From positions 1 through 64,000 of the IMG/VR virus record IMGVR_UViG_3300014205_005221: DNA of 64,000 bases; one strand, written 5' to 3'. Positions 56,143-64,000 of this stretch are shown one piece after another; the first letter of the stretch is position 1, and each line of letters begins with the position of its first letter. The stretch is from a virus. Taxonomy: Duplodnaviria; Caudoviricetes. The position numbers and the translations under genes were made by a program. A model generated the notes under the pieces. It ran no database searches and had not been told where the DNA came from. It saw nothing but the letters and a program-made list of their open reading frames with translations.

Positions 56143-57054
56143 TCACCCACCTGCCAGAGCTGCAACAGCTCCCAGCAGGATCCGAGGGCGGGCGCCGCGA
56201 TGCCTTGCAACAGTACGAAGAACCCGCTCTGCAGCCGATACTGACACTTCCGGAGCGCCGCTGCCAGCGAAGATCACGTAATTATTCGTGATCCGTTCAT
56301 GCGCCCAGCGAATCAGCATCTCCGTATCCGCGTCACTCCAGATCCGTGACTTCTCCGTCAGAGCCACCTGATCATGCGAACGCAGCGACGTAAGAACATC
56401 CACCACAGCTTGTACCGAACCCTCAAAGCCACGCGCATCGATCGACGGCTGCACCCGGCCACCACCCAAACGACCCGCCATCCGCGACTCCACTTCAGAC
56501 AGATCCGAGACCGCAAACACGATCTCCTCGACCTGCTCCGGAGACAGCAACCCGCCCGTCAACTCGACCGCGCGCGAGCGGATCATCGGCATCGTCGGCT
56601 GCGTAGCCAGCAACACAAACCGGGTCGTAGCTGGGGGTTCTTCCAACAGCTTGAGCATCGACGCCAGCGTGCGCGCAGACGCCCGCCACTCCGAACCATC
56701 CGGTCGAACGTTGTCGAGACGCACGATCGCCACCTTGAACGGCGATGCCATCGGCGCCTTACGCGACCACGCGATCAGATCCCGGACATGGGTGATCGTC
56801 AGCTCCAGCTCGAACGTCGACGCCACCTCCGCGCGCTCGTTCGACGGATCGATGGGACGCCCATACTCGTCGCGCTGCTCCAGAGGCGGATACAGCTTCA
56901 TATCCGTCACCTCCACGCCCGCACGACGTGCCGCAGCTAACGCCACCGTGCGCTTGCCCGTCGACGACGGAGCGCGAATCAGCGTAACGGGAGAGGGCGA
57001 GACCAGCAGCTGCTCCAGCCACCGATCTCGCCCTACGATCTTTCCGACCTTCAT
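56143..57054 (-). CDS. clamp-loader delta-prime/gamma-like AAA+ protein
   Basis: PSSTGKRT, LKLLEEPP, IRSR. Confidence 0.8.
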   Translation of the reverse strand: MKVGKIVGRDRWLEQLLVSPSPVTLIRAPSSTGKRTVALAAARRAGVEVTDMKLYPPLEQRDEYGRPIDPSNERAEVASTFELELTITHVRDLIAWSRKAPMASPFKVAIVRLDNVRPDGSEWRASARTLASMLKLLEEPPATTRFVLLATQPTMPMIRSRAVELTGGLLSPEQVEEIVFAVSDLSEVESRMAGRLGGGRVQPSIDARGFEGSVQAVVDVLTSLRSHDQVALTEKSRIWSDADTEMLIRWAHERITNNYVIFAGSGAPEVSVSAAERVLRTVARHRGARPRILLGAVAALAGG

Positions 57055-57093
57055 GAATTCACTTCTACCCGGAGAAGCCCAGGCCAGAAGCAT

Positions 57094-57354
57094 TCAAGAG
57101 AGCGCCACATTCTGTGCATGCTCCGCCGCGAGCAGCGACGTGAACACCGACGGCATGATCTTGTTGATCTCCGTCTGCGGCAGCGACTCCAACTCGGGGT
57201 AGATGCGCTTCGCCGCCATCGCCGTAGCGATGCACGGAGGCTGCCCGGTGCCGAGCACCACACCCGCCACGTGGATCGACGCAGACGCCACCTCGGCGCT
57301 GATCGGCTCGCGGTCCCACATACGCAGGAACGCCGCCTCGGGAGACTCGCTCAC
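57094..57354 (-). CDS. hypothetical protein
   Basis: GTGA overlap and AAGGAG RBS. Confidence 0.55.
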   Translation of the reverse strand: MSESPEAAFLRMWDREPISAEVASASIHVAGVVLGTGQPPCIATAMAAKRIYPELESLPQTEINKIMPSVFTSLLAAEHAQNVALS

Positions 57355-57620
57355 TTGGCTCGCTCCTTCCTGGTCTTGGGTGCGTCCGGCTGATCGGAGG
57401 TGAACCACGGGTTCCGGTCTTCGCTAGGGAACTCCTTGATGCAGAAACGCTCCCAGCTGCGTCCATCCAGGATCCATCGGTCGTGGGCCGCGTCCGCCAC
57501 CTTCTCGAACGGAATGGAGACAGCGGAGGCAGCAGACGCCACTCCGCCCCACGCGCGGTAGCGCCAGTACAAAACGGCAGCCTTCGCGCAGTTGATTCGA
57601 AACTTAATGGTGTTCGTCAT
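57351..57620 (-). CDS. MTNT-tagged hypothetical protein
   Basis: TTGACA-N17-TATTTT-N7-ATG. Confidence 0.75.
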   Translation of the reverse strand: MTNTIKFRINCAKAAVLYWRYRAWGGVASAASAVSIPFEKVADAAHDRWILDGRSWERFCIKEFPSEDRNPWFTSDQPDAPKTRKERAK

Positions 57621-57680
57621 GGCTCCTAAAATAGCAGCAAGGCCAGACCGTGTCAACAGTCTGGCCTTGCTTGAATGACT

Positions 57681-59819
57681 TCAACCCTTGACGCACAACA
57701 GGGTGTCGAGCTTCGCGATCGGGCGGACCAAGTCGGTCTGATTCGCCATCACAGCAGCAAGATCCTTGTATGCCGCAGGAATCTCGTCCACGATCCCGGC
57801 GTCCTTACGGCACTCCACGCCCGCCGTCTGCTCGACCAGATCCGCCTCGGTGAACGTCCGACGCGCCTCGCCACGGCTCATCCTGCGACCAGCGCCGTGC
57901 GATGCCGAACAATAGCTGTCCTCGTTCGCCAAGCCCTGCACGATGAACGACCCCGTGCCCATCGAACCCGGGATCACGCCGAGACGGCCGTCGCGCGTCG
58001 AGATCGCACCCTTACGGGTCACGATCATGTCCTTACCGTCGTACGTCTCCTCGGAAACGTAGTTGTGGTGACAGTTGATCTCGGAACCGAACTTCGAGAT
58101 TCCGGTGATCTCGGTGAACGCCTTCTTCACCAGACCCATCATCACCGCGCGGTTGCGGAACGCGTAGTCCTGCGCCCACATCAGGTCATTACGGTACGCG
58201 TCCATCTCCGGAGTGCCGAGGAAAAACGCCGCGAGGTGCCGATCCGGGACGTCCTGGTTCTGCGGAAGTGCAGCCGCCACCTCGATGTGGCGCTCCGCCA
58301 ACTCCTTGCCCACGTTGCGCGACCCGGAGTGCAGCATCAACCAGATCTGGTCAGACTCGTCCTTGCAGACCTCGACAAAGTGATTGCCCCCTCCGAGCGT
58401 TCCGATCTGGTTCATGACGCGATCGGTGTAATCGCTCGCCGACAGACGCCGAGTCGTCATCTTGCCGACACTCAGGTTGTCGTAGCTCGCGAAGAATCCC
58501 GACCAGCCGCCAATGCGCGACGCCTGCATGCGGCCGTCGGTACCGAGGTAGGTCGTGTGCGAAGACTGACCCACCGGCACCGCAGCCTCGATCGCCGCGC
58601 GCAGCGGACCCAGGTCATCAGGAAGCTGATCGATTTCCATGGTGACCGGAACTGCGTTCATGCCACAGTTTCCAGTCATAACAATGTTGCCTCCACGCCG
58701 CATCACCCAGAACCCGGACGGAACCGTGAAACAGTAAGCGCGACCATCCGCAGACGGAACGCGAACGATCTCGCTCTTGGGCGTCCCCATCATGGTCACC
58801 CGGCGATTGGGCTGAGCGAACACCCGGAAGTCCAGCGTGTCGTCCTCGCTCTTGTCCTCGCGAAGGACAGCCCGGAACCCGACGGCCGTGAACACGTAGT
58901 GCATGAAGTCCGCCGACGCACGATCACGCGTGTAGAAACAGCGATCCTCCGCGTTACCGTCCCACAACAAACACTCTTCGGCAATCACAGCGAGCTGCTC
59001 CCAGGACGCCTCCCACCAGTCGCCCGAGAACGACTTCGTGAGGCGCGGAGGAGCAAACCGGAACGTGGTGACGCCGCCGGACTCCGAACGCGAGGCATCG
59101 ACGCCCGATGCCGCGAAAAGCTGCTCAGCCCGATCGATCTTGCGCTGCTTCTTGAGCCGCAGAACAGCCCTCCGGCCATCCAGATGCGCGTCCGCGTGCA
59201 CCATGACCTGCACACGAATCTGCTCGTCGGAAAGAGGAAGCTCCGTCTCGATCTCCGGCTCAAAACTGGTCTCGAACTCCGCCTTGATGCCGACCTTCAG
59301 CCGGGTGTGCTCAGCCTCGAACTGCTCAGCGAGTAGTACCTCCTGCACACGACGCCGGTCACGACCAACCATCCGCCACACCAGCATCCGGTGATCCGGC
59401 GACAGCATCTGGTCAATGCCGTACTTCGTGCGCAGCCACAGGAACTCCGGACAGTCCCTCACGACAAACCGGCTGGGCTCCACGAACTGCCCGCGCGAGG
59501 TCTCCGGGTCGTACTGCATGACCGGACCGCCCGTGTAGTCGGCAATACGCCGCCACCCCTGCGGAGACAAATATTCCGAATCTGCATCGACACAGCCGAT
59601 GTCAACTCCCACCGCAGCAGGACAGACAGCGTTGCGCGACGCGATGACCGTGCCGATCGTCGCACCCTTGCCTGCGTGAACGTCCGGCATCACCGCCAGG
59701 CCCTCGACCCACGGCATGTCCGCCACCGTGCGGATCTGGTTCAGCGCGGTCCACTCGACGTCGGTCGGGTCGATCCACATCCGGACCGGCGACTTGGTAC
59801 CCGCCATCTCGTGATACAT
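57681..59819 (-). CDS. rtcB: RtcB RNA ligase with an intein
   Basis: MPDVHAGKG, DIG|CGM, GTLGGGNHF.E, HSGSR, HHNY, SHGAGR, E.P.AYK. Confidence 0.93.
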   Translation of the reverse strand: MYHEMAGTKSPVRMWIDPTDVEWTALNQIRTVADMPWVEGLAVMPDVHAGKGATIGTVIASRNAVCPAAVGVDIGCVDADSEYLSPQGWRRIADYTGGPVMQYDPETSRGQFVEPSRFVVRDCPEFLWLRTKYGIDQMLSPDHRMLVWRMVGRDRRRVQEVLLAEQFEAEHTRLKVGIKAEFETSFEPEIETELPLSDEQIRVQVMVHADAHLDGRRAVLRLKKQRKIDRAEQLFAASGVDASRSESGGVTTFRFAPPRLTKSFSGDWWEASWEQLAVIAEECLLWDGNAEDRCFYTRDRASADFMHYVFTAVGFRAVLREDKSEDDTLDFRVFAQPNRRVTMMGTPKSEIVRVPSADGRAYCFTVPSGFWVMRRGGNIVMTGNCGMNAVPVTMEIDQLPDDLGPLRAAIEAAVPVGQSSHTTYLGTDGRMQASRIGGWSGFFASYDNLSVGKMTTRRLSASDYTDRVMNQIGTLGGGNHFVEVCKDESDQIWLMLHSGSRNVGKELAERHIEVAAALPQNQDVPDRHLAAFFLGTPEMDAYRNDLMWAQDYAFRNRAVMMGLVKKAFTEITGISKFGSEINCHHNYVSEETYDGKDMIVTRKGAISTRDGRLGVIPGSMGTGSFIVQGLANEDSYCSASHGAGRRMSRGEARRTFTEADLVEQTAGVECRKDAGIVDEIPAAYKDLAAVMANQTDLVRPIAKLDTLLCVKG
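58668..59594 (-). mobile_element. intein (309 aa) in RtcB
   Basis: CVDADSEYL start, SPDHRM block B, YCFTVPSG block F, TGN|C end. Confidence 0.85.
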
Positions 59820-60268
59820 CAGCTCTTCTCCCTCTTCACCCTCACGCGCAGAATGCCCCGAGTACGCGGCCTCGTGTCCAGAATGGCCCGAGCGTTCGCC
59901 ACCGCAACACTCCACGAAGTGCCCTCATCCTGCTCGTCCTGGACATTGATAACCGCGTCGAGCAAATCCCAATCAACATCGAAACGGCCCAGCTCGGCGA
60001 CATCAGAGACCACAGACAAAGCCGTCCTGCCCTCGCGCCGCTCCAGCTCAACGAGGGGAACCTGCTTCTTCTCGTGCAGCCACACACCAACGATGCACGA
60101 AGGGGCGGAGCCATCCTCGGAGACATACCAGCAGCTCAGATCAGAACCCTCACGGTCGGTCTTCCGGTACACGAAGTCGTGACCCAGCTCAGCCTTGCGC
60201 GCTTCCGCGATCTCGGCCAGCTCATCGAGCGCCTGGTAAGCCAACGCGTAGATCTCTGTGTTCGTCAT
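59819..60268 (-). CDS. MTNT-tagged hypothetical protein, coupled to rtcB
   Basis: TTGCTT-N17-TAGGTT-N6-ATG; TGATG overlap. Confidence 0.8.
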   Translation of the reverse strand: MTNTEIYALAYQALDELAEIAEARKAELGHDFVYRKTDREGSDLSCWYVSEDGSAPSCIVGVWLHEKKQVPLVELERREGRTALSVVSDVAELGRFDVDWDLLDAVINVQDEQDEGTSWSVAVANARAILDTRPRTRGILRVRVKREKS

Positions 60269-60317
60269 GTCAGCAACCTAACATAGTCTGACAAAACAAG
60301 CAAGTAGTCTAAGCAAA

Positions 60318-60356
60318 CAAAAAGCCCCGGCTCCGCCGTGAGGGAGAGCCGGGGCT
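60318..60356 (-). terminator. intrinsic terminator
   Basis: AGCCCCGGCTC...GAGCCGGGGCT-TTTT. Confidence 0.8.
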
Positions 60357-60365
60357 AAGAACAAC

Positions 60366-60455
60366 TGCAAGGAGAGCGGGTCCGCTGAACTATAGGAGTC
60401 AGCCCTTGCGGGCCGATTAGGTTAGAAGGAAGCGGTAATAACCCATTGCCTTGCA
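60366..60455 (-). ncRNA. Y-RNA-like ncRNA, copy 2
   Basis: TGCAAGG/CCTTGCA stem; CAATG..GCTTCCTTCTAA..CGCTCT core. Confidence 0.6.
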
Positions 60456-60462
60456 TGTACTA

Positions 60463-60561
60463 GGTGTAGTGCAGATGTGCGGAGAGCGTGAGCACTGTGC
60501 TTATTCACCAATTGAAAGTTTAGAAGGAAGCACCCTCATTGCCGCACATCTGCACTACACC
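60463..60561 (-). ncRNA. Y-RNA-like ncRNA, copy 1
   Basis: perfect 20-bp terminal stem; same core as copy 2; GGG-TAGAAC promoter. Confidence 0.65.
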
Positions 60562-60567
60562 ATAGTT

Positions 60568-62763
60568 CTACCCGACCAGCAACTCGATGAGCCGCTCCGG
60601 CGAAACAATCTCCGAACCCTCCGGAAGACCGTCCGGCACCTCGCGGCCCACGAACGTCACCGGGTGCTCCAACTCCAGCTTCTCGTCCCACAGCTCCGCG
60701 ACGGCAGCCTTCTCCATCAGCAGACCGGTGAGGTACCCAACCTTCAGGTACTTGCGCTCCAGGATCGCACGCACGAGCTGCGTCGTGGTCGACATGTTCG
60801 ACTCCACGCGGTTACCCCAACTGTCACCCTTCAGGAACAGGTGCAGCCACTTCGCCGACCAACCGTCCCCGCGCGAGAACACCAGCGGCAGCGCGATACG
60901 AGAATCCCCACGCAGCTCCGAACGCATGCGAACGGTACGCGGCTCGAACGGCATGCCCTTCTGCGAACGGTGCCGCATCTGGTAGCCGAACAGCGATTCC
61001 GCCACCTCATCGAAGCCCTCACCCGCAAACACGTTCACCTGCGGAATGACGTACTCGATGACCGGATCCAGACGGCTGAGAACGACGTCAATGAACTCCG
61101 CCGCGCCGTTACGCGACTCCGTGATGTCACCAGAGTGCGTCACAACTCCATCACGGAGCCGCGTGTACGAAACGTGCGTGACGTACTGGAAGTCCTTGTC
61201 CAGCATCAGAACCGACAGATCGAAGTCCGTGCGGTGCTTCTGCTCCCGCCAGTAGGTGAAGAACCGCAGCGTGTCGTGCGCGTCGGTATCCAACGGAGCG
61301 TGCGAGCCGCGCGGCTTCACCGCGAACCCGTTCTCCGTAGCCTTGCCCGACAGCGACAACGCTTCCCCGAACATCGCCGGGTCGATGACCAGACGCATGT
61401 AGCTCGGAGCCCGGCGCAGCAGCTCCTCGTCGATCAGCCGAGCCGCCCGCGCGATGACACCGCTCGGCAGCACCGGACGCATGTCGTCCACGACCTTGGC
61501 GCGCTTGCTACGACCGACGAACACCCGCTTGCGCTGCGGCTGGTTCCGGTTGATCAGGTGCTCGCGCAACGACAGCAGCACACGGGCCGAAACCTTCGGG
61601 AACACCTCGCCCAGCGTCGAGAGCAGCCCCTCGAACTGACCCGAGGATGCGTTGCGCAACAGCTGATCGGTCTGGCGCACGAGAGCACCCGGAGCCACGG
61701 ACAGAGCCCGCGCTGCCGAGACCACGTCACCGGCCACCATGAACTGCTCGAAACTCGAGTTCGGCGTCGGAATCTTCTTGTCCCGGACGACCTCCTCGAA
61801 CATGCGAACCGCGAGCGTGTACTGCGGGTAGTCATGCGGGTGCAGCGCCTTCGCAGCTCGCTTCCACACCTCGCGGCGCTTCACGACGTCACCGACCTTG
61901 GCCCAGTCGACGAGCAGAACCCGGTGCAGCTCCAAGAGCAGCGCACGACGCTCCGGGCGCGCGAAGTTGCGGAACCGCGTCAGCCGCTCCAGCGTGACAT
62001 CACCGTCGTCGGATGCCGCCGCCATGATGCGCAGCACGTCGGTCACGGTGTCCACGCCGAGCAGGTCCCGGCCCAACACCAAGCGCAGCGCGTTGATGAG
62101 CGCGCGGTTCTCCCGCACCGGGATGACCTCCGGGTGCGGTCCGGCCAGACGCTCCAGCGCCAGCTGTCCCAGGATCTTGCGGTCGCCCTCCGACAGCGGC
62201 ACCGCCGACCCGGCCAGCTGCAAGTACAGCGAGGTGATCTCCTCGTCCAGCGTTCCGCCCAGGTGCAGCACGGTCAGCCGGTCGGTCTTGGCCTCGACGA
62301 ACACCTCGTGGGCTGCGACCAGCTCCTCGAAGGTGTGCTGGTAGCGACCGTAGGTCGGGATCGACAACAGGCTGAAGCCCGGGGAGGACAGGATCTCGTC
62401 GAGCTGCTTGGTCGTCACGCGAGCACCGACCAGCGCACCGCGCAGCGAGTCCCGCCAGAACTCCACGGTCTCGGGCACGCCCGTCGGGAAGTGCTTGAAG
62501 TACGCGTTGTGGGAGACGTGATCACCGACGATCTTGCGTGCAGCCGACAGCGTCGCCACCGACAGACGCACCGCCTCGGACCGCTCCAGACCCGCAACAT
62601 GCTCCAGCAGCGCGCGGGATCCGAGGAACCCGACACGCGCGAGCACGGCCGACAACTGCTGCGCCACGATCCGGCCATCACCAGACGGACCCTCGGACGC
62701 CGGTACGCGAAGGGTCTTCTCCACCAGTACGTCAAACATGGTTTCTCCCATGGTGCTCGTCAT
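60568..62763 (-). CDS. Ro/TROVE-like helical protein fused to a TerD-like domain, tag variant MTST
   Basis: HN..F..FP..VP, TVTDVLR, PG.L.R..D.LLR; C-terminal DFDLS, HSGDI, AEFID. Confidence 0.7.
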   Translation of the reverse strand: MTSTMGETMFDVLVEKTLRVPASEGPSGDGRIVAQQLSAVLARVGFLGSRALLEHVAGLERSEAVRLSVATLSAARKIVGDHVSHNAYFKHFPTGVPETVEFWRDSLRGALVGARVTTKQLDEILSSPGFSLLSIPTYGRYQHTFEELVAAHEVFVEAKTDRLTVLHLGGTLDEEITSLYLQLAGSAVPLSEGDRKILGQLALERLAGPHPEVIPVRENRALINALRLVLGRDLLGVDTVTDVLRIMAAASDDGDVTLERLTRFRNFARPERRALLLELHRVLLVDWAKVGDVVKRREVWKRAAKALHPHDYPQYTLAVRMFEEVVRDKKIPTPNSSFEQFMVAGDVVSAARALSVAPGALVRQTDQLLRNASSGQFEGLLSTLGEVFPKVSARVLLSLREHLINRNQPQRKRVFVGRSKRAKVVDDMRPVLPSGVIARAARLIDEELLRRAPSYMRLVIDPAMFGEALSLSGKATENGFAVKPRGSHAPLDTDAHDTLRFFTYWREQKHRTDFDLSVLMLDKDFQYVTHVSYTRLRDGVVTHSGDITESRNGAAEFIDVVLSRLDPVIEYVIPQVNVFAGEGFDEVAESLFGYQMRHRSQKGMPFEPRTVRMRSELRGDSRIALPLVFSRGDGWSAKWLHLFLKGDSWGNRVESNMSTTTQLVRAILERKYLKVGYLTGLLMEKAAVAELWDEKLELEHPVTFVGREVPDGLPEGSEIVSPERLIELLVG

Positions 62764-62887
62764 GTGTTACAAGCTAGCACAGCCAGTACAACTAGGCAAG
62801 CGATTTAACCTTGATTCTGATATGCCAATAACGAACGCCTCCGACCCAGCCGGTGAGCGGGTCGGAGGCGTTCGTTCTGCTGCAGGC

Positions 62888-63676
62888 TTACGCCCGCTTG
62901 CGACCCCGCACCGCGTCCTCGCCGACCAGATCGCGAAGGGCAGACCGAACGGCGTTGAGAGCCGACCGGGCGGCACCGGGCTCGGTCTCCAGGTGCGCCG
63001 CGAGCTTGCCCTGCGTCACCCGGCCCGTGTCCTCGACCAGGAACAGCATGGCGTCCACAACCTCAGGGTCCGGAACCCGGGTCCGCAGCGCAGCCACGAT
63101 CTCGGCGAACTCCATGTCAGCCTCGACGGTGTCAGTGTGGTGCGGCGCCTTGAGGTCAGCCCAGGTGGTGCCGTCCTCACCGACAGGCGCGTCCAGGATC
63201 GCCAGGTTCCGCTTCACGTAACGAACGTGATTGCGGTGCTTGCCCGATGCATATCCGACGACGAACTTCGAGTAGTAGGACTGGAAACGCGACTTCTTGG
63301 TGATCGAACGCGTCTTCCACTCCCGACGGAACACGCCCAGCGAGTCACGCTCGATGAAACGAGTCATGATCTCGTTGACGGTGTCCTCGACCTGGCGCGA
63401 GTCGATACCGGTCTTGCGGACCCAGAAAAAGGTCTCGTCGCGGTACTGCTCCCACCAGGTGGCGTAGTCAGGCGGGCAGTTCACCTGGTCGTCCATGCCA
63501 GTCCAGAGACCGTGGGTTTCCGGCCGAATCGGCTGGCGGTCCTCCGGAGCGACGACATGTCCGGTCTTGCGTCCCAAAACATCTTTACCAGCGGAACGCG
63601 CGCCCTCCAGAATCTCTCCATCGGAGTCCGAAACGGCGGCATCCAGAAGCTCCACATCGTTGGTGGAGTCGTCCAT
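62888..63676 (-). CDS. phage sigma70/ECF-like sigma factor
   Basis: region-2-like VEDTVNEI..F...F.SY; C-terminal HTH TQGKLAAHL; GAGGAG RBS. Confidence 0.65.
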   Translation of the reverse strand: MDDSTNDVELLDAAVSDSDGEILEGARSAGKDVLGRKTGHVVAPEDRQPIRPETHGLWTGMDDQVNCPPDYATWWEQYRDETFFWVRKTGIDSRQVEDTVNEIMTRFIERDSLGVFRREWKTRSITKKSRFQSYYSKFVVGYASGKHRNHVRYVKRNLAILDAPVGEDGTTWADLKAPHHTDTVEADMEFAEIVAALRTRVPDPEVVDAMLFLVEDTGRVTQGKLAAHLETEPGAARSALNAVRSALRDLVGEDAVRGRKRA

Positions 63677-64000
63677 GTCATGCTCCTCTTGCGATTCCAG
63701 TACCGGCCGGAGATCCCTCCCGGCCAGCTGCGGGGTGATCCCTCCCCCGCTTGCCTTGCCAGCCTAACATCAACTTGCTGGCTTTGACAAGTTACTGCCG
63801 CACTTAGTTCACAGAGACTGCGGAATGTCCCAAAACTCAACATTCACCGGACCCGGCTCGCGCACCGGCACCTCCACCGGGGCTGCCCGGCGTGGGGTCC
63901 TCTTCGGCTTCTCCGCAACGGCAACCGTAGCGGCAGGCACCGACACTTCCGGAGCGACCTTGGAGACAGGGCGGGGAGCAGCAGAAACAACGCGCTCAGC

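Noticed and set aside
60451-62808. Long plus-strand ORFs (785 aa here; also 57675-59336, 28167-29720, 44822-46204, 5160-6407)
   Set aside because: Antisense shadows of motif-bearing minus-strand genes in GC-rich DNA; no recognisable domains or plus-strand expression signals

Overview
64 kb of a large, GC-rich actinobacteriophage-like genome (early/accessory, tRNA and DNA-metabolism regions; no structural genes or integrase seen). Essentially all credible genes are on the minus strand. Recognisable genes: family-A DNA polymerase, clamp and clamp-loader-like proteins, RecA and RtcB (each with an intein), UvrD-like helicase, Mre11/Rad50-like pair, endonuclease VII, ThyX, DNA methylase, ADP-ribosylglycohydrolase, a Ro/TROVE-TerD-like protein, a sigma factor, and 13 tRNA genes in two clusters. 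Two candidate RNA-based systems stand out. (1) About 31 genes, apparently leaderless, start with the same 12-nt tag AUGACGAACACC (MTNT); a 63-nt hairpin RNA inside the tRNA operon (9432-9494) displays the exact complement in its loop, and all tag variants at positions 1-11 keep G-U pairing with it. (2) A stand-alone Cas7/RAMP-like gene (30584-31342) lies between non-coding arrays of CGAC-delimited units with 5-nt periodicity; a third array sits at about 4.1-4.4 kb, and all three share a promoter and a structured leader. The tRNA clusters also hold several non-canonical RNAs, including three circularly permuted tRNA-like RNAs. All counts, folds and family calls were made by eye, without database searches.
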